DNA of 64,000 nucleotides from Gracilinanus agilis (taxonomy: Eukaryota), in NCBI RefSeq assembly GCF_016433145.1, contig NC_058135.1, positions 181,924,847 through 181,988,846 of the forward strand. Reading direction: 5' to 3'. Under the pieces are notes generated by a model. It was not told where the DNA came from. It was given only the letters and a program-made list of their open reading frames with translations, and did not search any database. This document shows, piece by piece, positions 27,686 to 39,579 of this stretch (the stretch's first letter is position 1; the number at the start of each line of letters is the position of its first letter). Made by a program: the position numbers and the translations under genes.

Positions 27686-28538
27686 TGTAAAAGGAAATTC
27701 TTTGTTCTTTTTGAATTTGTATTTGTGAAAGGGAAACCCTAATTATCTTTGCCTAGTTGGAGCTAACACTTTGGTTAACAATAACTTAAGTACCCCTACT
27801 TAGTGCCTCACTAGATTGTGAAGACAAGATTAATTCTCCTTTATCTACCTTTTGATTGAATCAATAAAAGCTTGCACTAGGTGGAGAAGCTTCCAAGCCA
27901 CTTAGAGAATTTACACCCTCAGAAACTCAATCAGTCAGGAATCTGTGAACCCTTTTGATGAGTATTCGCCCCTCCAGAAGGTGAGAACTGGTTCCCACAA
28001 ACACTCCCCCCTAGGCAGTCCTGGGCAATTTGGAAGCTGTGATTGGTCCCAGTGAAAAGGGGGAGAGACAAGAACCTACTATAAAAGATCCTGAATTTCT
28101 GGGGCTAGAAAAGGAAGCTGACTCCAAGAAGAAGGTTGGTTTCAAGAAGGAGTTGGACTTCAAGAGGGAAGTCAGCTTCAAGAGGAATTTCAGCTCAAGT
28201 AAGAAAGCTGGCCTCAAGAATCACCTTCACCTTGAGTCATTGTCTTGACCTGCCTCTTATAGGGAACTTGGGTGAGTGGATATCTGGCTTTCCCTTCCTG
28301 TCTTCTAGAGAGAGTTTAATTCCTGTTGAAGTCATTAAGTCCTGGCTGAGTCAAGCAGGACTGTCTAATGTCTTCTCTACCCTTTTTTATTTCTCTGTTT
28401 TCACTCTTTCCACCTCTTCTGTAAATAAAAGCTATTAAAGTCATTTTGACTTTAAGCAATAACACTTTGAATCAGCAACCACCACTACTATTTATAATCT
28501 TCATATATTTTAGCCAGTCATTAATTTTCACCTTTACA
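27686..28538 (+). mobile_element. Solo LTR (853 bp) with CCAAT box, TATA box, 18-bp repeat array and poly(A) signal
   Basis: TGTAAAAGG...TTTACA ends; GATTGG near 28051; TATAAAA near 28080; AATAAA near 28424; right flank is L2 sequence. Confidence 0.85.
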
Positions 28539-29510
28539 CTGTCCAGTAGACATAGTAAACTCAACATATCCCAAAAAGAATTCATTCCTTCTCCCTAAAT
28601 CCTCTCCCATTCTTATGTTGTCCATTTCTGTAGAGGACAACACCATCCTTCTAGTCCCTTATATTCCTAACTTACAAGGCATTTTGGATTCTACAATGTC
28701 TCCCCTTACCTACATCCAATCTTTTGCAAAGGCAACATCTTTCAGATATACTTTGTTCTTTCCTCTGACACTAGCACCACTCTAGTGCAGGGCCTCATCA
28801 TCTCCTGTCTTAATAATCTTATTGTTATAATTAATGTCTTAATACTTGTAATAGCCAGATGGTTAGTCTGTTTGCCTTAAGTCTCTCTTAACTCCACTCA
28901 TCCTCCATTTATCTACTGAAGTGATTTTCCTAAAGTGCAGATCCAATCATGCAACCCACCTATTCAGTAACTTCCAGTGTCTTCCTCTTGCCTGCAGGAA
29001 TAAATACAGAATGCTGTATTTGGCATTCATTCTTTCATAAGCTAGTTCCCCTTCTACCTTTCCAGTCTTCTTGTACCTTACTCTCACACATGTTCTCTTC
29101 AGTCCAGGGAAACTGAGCTCTTGGCTGTTCCTCTAACAAGACACCATCTCTCAGCTGCAGACATTTTCTGTGGTTGTTTCTAATAGCTAAAATGTTTTAT
29201 TTCCTCTGCTATGGACTAATGACCTCTTTAACTTCCTTTAATTCCAACTGAAATCATTCCCCAACATTCTTAATTCTAATGCTTCCTTCTGTTAATTGTG
29301 TCCTAATTATCCTGTATAATACTTTGCTTTACACACACACACACACACACAGATATATATTTGAATGTTTTCTACCACATTCATTTGTAAGTTTCTTGAG
29401 AGCAGACACTGTCTTTTGACTTTTTTTTCTAATCTACAAGGCTTAATGAAGTGCCTGACACATAGTAGACATTTAATAAATGTTTAATTGATTGATTAAT
29501 GTTTATATCT
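28539..29510 (+). mobile_element. L2 3' region
   Basis: aaactcaacatatcccaaa..., ctgaagtgattttcctaaagtgcagatc..., tail gtgcctgacacatagtagacatttaataaatgttt. Confidence 0.8.
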
Positions 29511-31099
29511 ATTGCCTATCTACATATTAGTAGTTGGTCCAGGCAGAACCAATCTACTGTGAAATCAACTATTAGTTTTTTCCTGCTTGACTTCTTGGGA
29601 ACTCCAATTTTTATGATGCTCAGGGTCAAAAAAATATTACAGTATTTTTACAGAGTTTCTATTTTTCAGTATCATTTATCTTGTAGTCATGATTACAGTT
29701 TTTGGTTGATTCCCATGCCCTTCATTGTGTGTTTGTATTTCCCTAAGGCTGTGAGCCATTCCAAAAGCATTGTGAAAGTTGTTTTGTTCAGCAAATTGCT
29801 TGCCATGCATGTAAACGTGTGTTGCCTGTTTTAACTAGCCTTCAAAATGTTGTTCTCCTTCGGTGATCAGAGTTACTTTTTTGTGTTCACTTGTGACTTC
29901 TGGCTAAGACCAGCTTTTCCTTTTTGTCTTAACTTCGAAAGGTAACTTGTTCATAACATTTTCCTGGGGTGATCAACTTCAGTTTGGGGAAAAAAACTGA
30001 TTTCTTGGATCAATGTTATCTTCATTTATGTTTCATGAAGACAAAAACAACTGGTTGCTTTTTACTATTAACTAGAGTAAGCGTAATCCTTAACCAGTGT
30101 TAAAACTCTAGAAGAAAGGTGAGTGTCTTCTATAAAAAATTCCCAAACAATTTGTTTTTCCTTTTAATACAGTGTGCCTTCTTATTTTGACTTCTGAATT
30201 AATGCAGGTTTAGATTGGTTCAGAATACCAAACTCCTGAACAAAGATAAAGCAGCAGTCTCCTCTTTCCTTTGTAGTCAGGTAGAAAAACCTGAGGGCCA
30301 CAGTTAGGATGGAGTCAAGGCTAAGGGTTGCCAATTCCACTCTTTTTTTCTATATTCCCTGAGTCAAAGACTTGAAAATTAAATGTGACTACCTAATTGC
30401 CAGTCATAACCTCAATGTGCTTCAAAAAAGAGACCTAGATGGCTGGGAGGAACAGAACAAATGGACGAAAAATAAAACCAAGAAAGAAAGCAGACTGATA
30501 AAAAGCATGATGATATAACTTTATAAAAGGGTGATACTCCCACAATTCAGAGGTGGTGAGGAAGCATTAGCATGCACAGAGCAATCTACTAGGCACTAGA
30601 GTTTAATTGATGCCTGAAGAGACACAGGGAGAAATTTTGACTATTAGTTAATATTTGTACTACCTGCCAATTGAGGAAAGGACACTAAAGTACCAAACTT
30701 GAATGTGGGTATGAATTTGATCTAAATGTAATTGGGAAATGTTTAGTGAAATAATAAAGGTACAATACAATGATAATACATTAATACGTTGTTTTCCAAG
30801 TCAATATGCATCCCACAAGGATCTATTTGAGTTTGACACCACCAAATTGTAGGCCATTACTGCTGTGTTAATTCAGTTATGATGTCTCAAGGAATGTAAG
30901 CTATCCAAAGGCTTCTTCATTTAGTATTAGAGAAGGCTACTGCCTTTTTTACAGCTCCTTATCATTCTCAGGACACTAGGGTAATCTTATAATGCTCACT
31001 TCCCCCTCCTTCCTCCTCCATTGTATAGTCATTCTTTAAGAATCTATTACTGAATAGCAGTAAAAATATCTCAAATTATATCATTATAATAGCAAATGT

Positions 31100-31340
31100 A
31101 GGGGTAGCTAGATGGCTCAGAAGATAAAGCATTAGTCCTGGAGTCAGGGCCTGAGTTCAAATTTGGCCTCAGATATTTACTATTTGTGAGGTTTAACTTC
31201 TGTTTGTCTTGAGCCATCAGAGGAAGAAATGGCAAATCACTCTAGTATTTTCACCTAGAAAGCCCCAGGGACAGTATGGTTCACGGGGTTACAAAGAGTC
31301 AAACACTTCCTAACAACTGAACAACCATAACAACAATAGC
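31100..31340 (+). mobile_element. MAR1-type SINE
   Basis: ggggtagctagatggctcag head; gaggaagaaatggcaaatcactctagtatt...acaactgaacaac RTE-like tail. Confidence 0.8.
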
Positions 31341-31618
31341 AAACATAACTTTTTTTTTCTTTTTCTAAAGGGAAAAATAAAACAACCTCTTTTCCAGAGA
31401 TCCTCTAATTCCTCTCATCTCTCAAGTGTTGATATGAGAGCCCAAAAGACTTAAGTTCAAATCTTGTTTCAGATACTTATCTATGTAACCATAGGAAAGT
31501 CATTTAAACTTTCTGAAGCTCAGTTTAGAAATGTCCTCTTCTATAAAATGAAGGAATTGAGTTCCGGGATATCTAATGTCTCATTTCTTTTTGAATCTCT
31601 AATGCTATGATCATATAC

Positions 31619-31669
<51 letters not shown>

Positions 31670-32519
31670 CATGCATTATATCACTAAAAGAGATAATTCC
31701 CATATTCACTGCTAATGTTTCATTGGTTGTAGTCAATATCTGCCTACCCATTTATTTTTCTGTTTGCATTTATTAATCTAATTGGTAAGAGTCTGTGATT
31801 TCACCTCTTTGAACAATTCTAAGTCTGGAAATTCCTTCCACTGGAGCAAATTATCAACTCATCTGCAACAGATCATCTTAGAGAATTTCTTAGTTTCTCT
31901 TAGAACTTAAGTGACTTCCAGAGGATCACATAAGTAGAATGTTTCAGGGGCAACACTTGAATACAGGTTTTCCTATATCCAAAGTTACTCTTTTATTTAC
32001 TGTGCCACATTAGTATGGTTCTTTGCATCACTTTCTTTGCTTAATTAACCATCTTGAAATATGCAAATGTTATTTATCTTTTTTGACTATTAGGTTGTCC
32101 TTTTAAAAATGTGTCTTAATTGATTACTAACATTTAATTTTTATGTACTAAAAAATGTTCAAGATAAATATGTTTAATTTTTTTTCTAAATATGGTGGTA
32201 AGGGGAATCCTCTCTACTTAAAAAATTGTGATAAGGATTCTCTTATATGGTATAATTATTGAGTTATCAAGATATGATGCTTCTATTTCCCATGTTTTCT
32301 TGTGTTCTCTTAATAGTATTGGTATCATTTAGGACTACCTAAAATGTAGCCAAATTTTGGGTTATCTAGGTTAACACATAGTAATGATCCCAAAATTCTC
32401 TAGGTCCGATAAATAAAAATATTTCAATCAAAGAGCTTGCTTTTCCTCAACTATAAAAAAAGAGTTTTGGGTAGTTATTGTTAAGGTCCCTTCTAGCTCA
32501 AAATCCTACATCAGGCATT

Positions 32520-33170
32520 CTGTTAATAAGCATTTTTAAAGTGGCTGCTATATGCCAGGCACCATGCTAAGTAAACATTGAGGATTCAAAAAGAGGTGAA
32601 AGATTGTCCCTAAAGGATCTCAAAATCTAAAATTGGTAGACAACATGCCAACAATTGTAAACAAATTAAATAAATACAGTATAAATTTAATGTAATAGAG
32701 GGAAGGCAATAACATTAAGGGAATCCAAAAAGCATCAGAAGGTAAGATTTTAACTGGACCAGGAAGGAAGCCAAGGAAGCCAAGAAGTAGAAATGAGGAG
32801 GAAAATTATTTTAGGCATAAAGATGGTTTGAACATGCCTGGAGTCTGGAGATATGTTTCTTGTTGGAAGAACAAAAAGAAGGCTAGTGTCACTGGACTGC
32901 AGAGTAGAGTACATGGAATGGAAGAGGGAAACCATGTAGGATGGAGATGTTGAGTAATGTGTAAAGAGACTATAAAGGTAGGAGAGGATTGTGAAGGGTT
33001 TTAAATGCCAAATAGATGGTTTTAGATTTGATCCTAGTGGTGATTAAGAGCCACTGGACATCATTGAATATGACACTGCATATTTAGATTTGTGCTTTGA
33101 AAAAACTCAGTTTTTTATAGCTGAGTGAGCAATAGAGTAGAATAGAGAGATACTGGAGACAAGGAGACCT
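32520..33170 (-). mobile_element. L2 3' fragment
   Basis: aataagcatttttaaagtggctgctatatgccaggcaccatgctaag... Confidence 0.7.
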
Positions 33171-33349
33171 ATGACCCGTAAGAATAGCTTTAATATAGCA
33201 ATTATACAAAAGTTCATTAAAGAACTCCTTTGTATAGTTTTCTGAGAAGTGCTACAATATAATGTTTATCATGGCCACTGACATGAAGAAAAACTTATGG
33301 ATAAAAGGCATGTACATGAGGAGTTTTCTTTGTGCATGTTGAAATTGTT

Positions 33350-33995
33350 AAGTATTTTTTAATTTTATTTTTTATTTTCATGCAAAACACACTTCCATAT
33401 TGGTCGTTGTTGTCAAAACACATTCATACAGAGCCAAAACACCAAAATAAAACCCTAAATACACTAATGGGAAAAAATAGTATCCTTTGATCTGCACCCA
33501 TTTGGCTTCAACAGTTCTTTCTCTGGAAGTGGATAGCATTCCCCATTAGCCTTTCAGGATTGTCCCAGATCATTGTCTTGCTGAGAATAGCCAACTGTGA
33601 AACAGTTGATCATCATATGATATTTCTGTTACTGTGTACAATGTTTTTCTGGTTCTGCATGTTTTGCTCTGCATCAGTTCCTGCAGATCTTTCCAGCTTT
33701 TTCCTGAAATCATCTTGCTTATCATTTCTTATAGCACAATAATGTTCTATCACCAACATGCACCACATTTTGTTCATCCATTCTGCTATTGATGGACATC
33801 CATTTAATTTCTAATTTTTTGTTTGCCACTACAAAAAGAGCTGATACAAATATTTTTGTACAAGTAGGTCCTTTCCTCTTTTTTATTATCTCTGTAGGAT
33901 ACAGATCCAGTGATGTGTTACAGGACCAAAGGGTATGCACAGTTTTATAGCCCTTTGAGCATAGTTCCAAATTGCCCTCCAAAATGGTTGGATCA
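33350..33995 (-). mobile_element. L1 3' end (ORF2 C-terminus + 3'UTR)
   Basis: DPTILEGNLELCSKGYK...GPTCTKIFVSALFVVA from ORF 33722-34021. Confidence 0.85.
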
Positions 33996-35102
33996 GTACA
34001 TGAGAAATTTTCAAAGAACATTACAACATTGTATAAAAAATATATATGTCATAAATGCTGTGGGAATGTAGAAAAAGGAAAGACCAATCAGTCTGTTTCG
34101 GTTCACAGGCTCAAACCAAAATTTGTCTTCTTTCCCATAATGTCAAAGATGTGTTGGTAATGAATATCTAATGCTTTGGCCAATTAACTGAGCAGTATAT
34201 GACAATAATTCTTTCTGACAATAATTGCTTTCTAATTCAGTGAGGTCCTGTGAAATGGCACCACATTTCCCACAGAGATCTGCTAGTCAAATTTTGCCAT
34301 TACCTTGACATGATGGGTCAATTGACTACAGAAAATCTTTTGCTTCTCATTCACATTTATCATAGTTGGTGACATCGTCTTATCTGAGGGACAGTTTTAC
34401 CAGTGTTAGACATAGATCTCTAATTGGACGGTTTCAAGTTTGAGATAAGAGATTCTCTGATTATAAAATAAATACTCGAAATATATCACTATGAAGAAGG
34501 AATAGATCTCAGAAGAAAGTATACGAGTATGTATTACTTTGGGCTTAGATTTGTTCAGTAGCTTAAAAATACTCTTCAAGATGTTGAAAGAATTCTTTAT
34601 TAATAGCTTGCATGCAGCTGTTGTCATTATTTTGCCATAAAACTTGATGCTGCCATCATACACTTTATACCTTTTCCAATAGCTTTATTGCTATCTCTAG
34701 CACTGAGCACAAGACTTAACACAAAGCCAGCACATATTTATTTTTTCATTCATACTTTCTTTCATCCATTCATCACCTTTATACCAAGTTTCAGGAGGCA
34801 TACCTCCTCAATATTCTGAAATCATGTGTAGTCAGTGCGTTGGTCAGAGTTCTAAAGTCTTTCATGTTTGTTCTGTTTGTTAGTATGAATTATATTAAAT
34901 TCGAAATCCCTGTCTGGGTTCTTTTCATTTGACTTTCATATTAGTTCATATGAGCCTTTCATAAGTTTCTTTGAATACTTTACAGTCATCTATGCTTATA
35001 GTTCAATAACCTATATTGGCATAACAGAATTTGTCCAGTGATTCTTCAATTGATTCATATGCACTGTTTCCAATCATTTTCCATCTTAAAAATGCTATGT
35101 CT

Positions 35103-35297
35103 CTGAAAGCAGTTGGATGGCTCAGTGGATTGAGAGCCAAGCCTAGAGACAGAAGGTCCTGGGATCAAATCTGACCTCAAACACTTCCTAGTTGTGTGAC
35201 CCTGGGAAAGTCACTTAACCCCCATTGCCTAGCCCTTACCAGTCTTCTGCCTTGGAATCCAATACGTTGGATTCCGAGGTAGAAAGTGAGGGTTTAA
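35103..35297 (+). mobile_element. SINE1_Mdo-type SINE
   Basis: gcagttggatggctcagtggattgagagcc head; 15-bp TSD aaaaatgctatgtct. Confidence 0.9.
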
Positions 35298-35694
35298 AAA
35301 AATGCTATGTCTGTACAAATGATTTTTTATAGTATCCAAATATCATGATGTCTGTCTTGAAGGAAATCATATTCAACAGATAATAATAACTTCATCATTT
35401 TACGTAGTTTAAAGTCTTTCCATATACATTTTCATCATTTGATTATAAGCAGCCCTACAAGCTAAGCATTACAGAATATTATTCCCATTTTGGAGATTAT
35501 TAAGCTGAAAATCAGATAAGAAACTACTTTCTCATAAGTAACTCATCTGTGGCTCATAGGTGACAGATTTGGGTCTTTTTTCATGCCTATGTAAGTACTC
35601 TTAAGAAGACCAAACTAGTCAATTTTCTTATGGCTCTTGATCGGTCCCACATTCATGACCCACTCAGATTGACACCTCCTGAGTTCATGCCTCT

Positions 35695-36882
35695 ATGTCA
35701 TGTTTTTCACTACTCACTTTGACAATGAATCCAAATTTTCCCTGTCTGGAAAGAAGTTGGCACCCAAGACAATAGGGAAAATCATGACGAAGAGCCATTG
35801 CTGTCTAATGAAGAGGGCAATAAGCATTTTGTTTGAGGTGCCAAGGACAAAAGATTTGAAGAGTTGGCCAATTTTAATCATTTCATCAAGAATGCCATAA
35901 AAATTCAAATATAACTAAATGTATTAAGGAATTTGAAGTCCCTAAAAAAGCATTTTAAAAGACCAAGAACACTGTGGACAAAGAGGGTGTCCCCTGATTC
36001 AAATCCACATCTTAACTGGTCTTGAGATTTGATCTCAAAGAGTTGGCTGATCTCAAAAAGTTATAGTAGGACAAAGAGAGGAGAAGATACACAAGAACAA
36101 TATGAGGGCTCTGAACACATGCATATTAACAAAGAGCTACTTGAATGTGTCTATTTGGTATCCTCCATGCTTCTGGAGCTCTCAAACATGGCAGCCAATG
36201 ACAGTAATGCATTAAGGCACATGATCAGCAAACAGTTCCAATATCTACTACAGGTGAACAAGTGTCAACCCTTGCTAAGTCCACTTGAGTCTGAAGCAGC
36301 TTCTAAAGCCATGAAGATAGGAGACTAGAAGACTTGCCACAATTTTATTATGTGAATAAGAAGATGAATGGGAAAGTTTGGGATTTATATCCTGAGGTCA
36401 ACAAAATCTATACCATACTAATTAGAAAGATCCAGGAATAGTCATTGCATATTAAACCTATCATTTTGCCTATAGCCATATCTATAAGTCCATTAGCAAG
36501 GAGACATTATTTTATATATTCCTGATGGATCTGCCCAATATTCAACCTATAGTGACCAAAATGATCATGAATTAGAAACTTATGGTCTCTTTGGACCAGT
36601 CAACACAGACAGTGGTGATTCAGCATACTCATTCCACAGCCCAGCAGAACCTGGCCCTGTAACTAGGAGAAAGGCTGGATGAAAAACAATGATCATGTCT
36701 TTGAACACAATCAGAGTCCCTGTAGATGTTATTTTAAAGACCCAAAATATGACACACACACCCCCAAAATGGGCAGGCTACATGCATTGGGGAAGATACT
36801 GACAACAGCTGTCATAAACTTCTTAATGACCTCCTAAGAGCATGGAACCTCAGAAATATAACATTCATCCAGAGTAATTAAA
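35695..36882 (+). pseudogene. EIF3C: Processed pseudogene of eukaryotic initiation factor 3 subunit C, with a large internal deletion
   Basis: ATG at 35695. Frameshifted translation follows the EIF3C N-terminus (FFTT..SLSG..AKDKRFEELAN..IKNAIKI..VDKEGVP..KNNMRALNT), then the C-terminus ([83 protein letters not shown]). Stop at 36824-36826, ATTAAA at 36877; no introns; many stops and frameshifts. Confidence 0.95.
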
Positions 36883-37025
36883 AGTCTATATTATTTTGAC
36901 ATGAGAAAAGAGGAGGAGGAGCAGGAGATGGAGAAAGAGGAGGATGAAGAAGAAGAGGAGAGGGAGGAGAAAGAGAAGATGACAGTGACTACAAAACCAA
37001 ATGGAACCAAGGAAATAGTATAGTA

Positions 37026-37227
37026 ACTGGTTGGCAAACCTATGGCATGCATTCCAGGGAAGCATTCAGAGCCCGCTCTGTGGGCATGCCCACTGTTGCC
37101 CCAGTACAGAGTTCACCAGAGTTTGTTACTAGAAAGCAGGAGGGAAGTGGGGTGGGGTTATTCCCCTCCCCTTCTCCATGCAGTTTACATTTTGGGCACT
37201 CAGTCAATAAAAGGTTCACCATCACTG
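37026..37227 (+). mobile_element. hAT MITE, short relative of 5487-5859
   Basis: ggttggcaaacctatggcatgc...aaggttcaccatcactg; flanks gtatagta/ccatagta (6 of 8 match). Confidence 0.75.
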
Positions 37228-37543
37228 CCATAGTACAATGGAAAAAAATAAAACATACCTTTAGAGGCCCTCTGTTCAAATCCTTGCACTGCCATTCATT
37301 ATCTCTGTGACCTTGAGCAAGTATCTAATCCTCTTTACATCTTGGATTCTTTATCTATAAAATGAGGGGAATGAAATAAATGACTTCTATGGTGCCTTCT
37401 AACTCTAATTCTGTAATCATCTCTTTTTTCACACTAAGCTGTAATAAGGAATGGGATCACAAAGAGGATACTTAAAATGGCTCAACAACAATACTGGCCC
37501 CTTATCCCAGGCTTTGCTTACATCCTTTTTCTTCAGCTTCCCC

Positions 37544-37681
37544 NNNNNNNNNNNNNNNNNNNNNNNNNNNNNNNNNNNNNNNNNNNNNNNNNNNNNNNNN
37601 NNNNNNNNNNNNNNNNNNNNNNNNNNNNNNNNNNNNNNNNNNNNNNNNNNNNNNNNNNNNNNNNNNNNNNNNNNNNNNNNN
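37544..37681. other. Assembly gap
   Basis: Run of N. Confidence 1.
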
Positions 37682-38405
37682 AGGGAATGAGAACTCACTG
37701 GATCTGAAAAATTTGGAAGGAATAAGATATGGCTCACTTTCATGTAATAAAGATTAGTTTCCTGGAGAAGACAGGGTTAATGTAAATCTTGAAATTGTTT
37801 AATTCAAGTTATAGGGAAAGCCAAAAAAGGCTTGTGAGTATAGAAATAATTTATGGAAAAAATTAAAAATAATCCAAAGGAAGAGACCTAAAGAGGATGT
37901 CAGGGGCTTAAGAGGAATATTTGCCACCTGGGTAATTTGGAGGTGTTCTGGAGATTAAATGAGATTTGATTTAATGTAGAGAATGTTATATATTACTTTG
38001 ACAAATAGGAATAAATGGAGAATTTTAAGGGAAGTAGGGATATGCCAAAGGATGAGAGGCAAAGGGAGAGGAGTAAAAAAAAAAGATATAATAAATGTAA
38101 AAACAGGATTTGAACTTGGCATATGACTATAAGGAAGGCAGAGCAGACAGTCTCAAAATTAGAAGATCTGAATTTAAGAAGCCCTTCTGACATATTCTAG
38201 TTATGTGAGCAGGACAAGTGACTCTCTTAGTATTCTAGACAACGTTTTAATGTGGCCATGTCTTGGTACAGAGAGCTTTCTATATCAATGAAAATATAGA
38301 TCTTGTCTAAAAAAAAACAAAACAAAACACTCATACTTTTGAATATAGGTACCCCTAGAATTGTTAAGTGTTGAATTTCAAATACAGAGGAGTAATTATG
38401 ACTTG

Positions 38406-38668
38406 CCCGGATGAAAAAAGGAGGAGGGTTGGGCATGGGGCTAGCAACCCCACCCTGTAAAAACTACATCTGCTAAAGAAACTGCAACCTAAAGTAGGGG
38501 CAGCTGGGCTAGCTCAGTGGATTGAGAGCCAGGCCTAGAGATGAAAGGTCCTAGGTTCAAATCCGGGCTCAGACACTTCCCAGCTGGGTAACCCTGAGCG
38601 ACTGTGTGACCCATTGCCTACTGGTTGTGGCCCTATGCTCCTAGAATGGAGTCCCAGGATAAAAAAAA
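38406..38668 (+). mobile_element. Chimeric retroposon: about 90-bp RTE-like 5' segment + SINE1_Mdo-like body
   Basis: A single 12-bp TSD aattatgacttg (38394-38405 / 38669-38680) encloses both parts; SINE head starts near 38496; A tail. Confidence 0.8.
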
Positions 38669-39096
38669 AATTATGACTTGAACTTTTTGTTTTTAAGAGA
38701 AGTTATTCTATATTTAATTCAAATAGAAAATGCTGCCCAGAGTCCTTAAAATTCACCTATTTCTTCTCTCCTTTTTTTTTTATGATAGGATTCCATATCT
38801 GGAGAGAAAATTGTATATGGGCTTGATGTACAGCTGAATCCATGAGCTACATGGTAACAAAGGCATGCTTAGTTCCAAAGAACAAATACATTGGTATCCT
38901 CTTCCCTCTCATTTCTTTGTGCCACTATTATGAGGATAGGTTCTGTTGATAGAAGAAATTTCAGGGTCTATGTAAGGGTGAAAAAGGGGTTTTATAGGTT
39001 AAATATATTAAAAGATGGTCGCCAGAGGATTGAACTATTATCCTTAATTAAGAATAATCTCAAATCAAAATTTACTTTTATGGAATTTTATTTACA

Positions 39097-39579
39097 TGAG
39101 AAGAGAGAGAGGAAATAAGAAAATAAGAATCTATCCCACTAATTAATCCAGGTAGATCTTAACTCTCAGTGGAGGGTTGAAGGGCCTGAGGCCCAGAGGT
39201 GAATAAAGCAAACTTCATTCTTAGAGTCTATAAAAGAAGGTTCTTAAGATTCAGTCTTTAAACTCGCCACGTGGAACAGTCTTGGCCATGAACCAGCAAA
39301 GCTCCCTCAGGTCGCCTTCACAAAACCAGAAGGCCCTCACTCACTCAACTCCCTCTTTTTAAAGGGGTCCCCCATGCATCAACTCGAGTGCCCTCCCCTT
39401 GCCTGCGTGTCCAATGACAACAGATGATTCTTACAGACCGCCTAGGGGCCGGGTCAGTCGATTCTGATTCGCCACTCACTCCAGCACACCTGGGTTAGGA
39501 CCTCCCAAAATTGGTGGTACTCTCACCCTTGGTGATTAAATCCAAAGATGGGCAGTGTAGACTTAATCTAATTATCACA
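39097..39579 (-). mobile_element. Solo LTR (about 480 bp), reverse orientation
   Basis: TG...CA ends; CCAAT and TTTAAA arrangement fits a minus-strand promoter; CpG-richer than flanks; TSD unclear. Confidence 0.65.

Noticed and set aside
28123-28220. Regular repeat array as CRISPR-like
   Set aside because: Eukaryotic DNA; contiguous degenerate 18-mers with no spacers and no cas genes
28030-28248. 72-aa Lys-rich ORF with 6-residue periodicity
   Set aside because: Produced by the 18-bp repeat inside the LTR; it starts upstream of the TATA box and has a non-ATG start
36029-36328. 99-aa ORF as a functional gene
   Set aside because: It is a fragment of the EIF3C pseudogene spanning the out-of-frame deletion junction, and its start codon is not ATG
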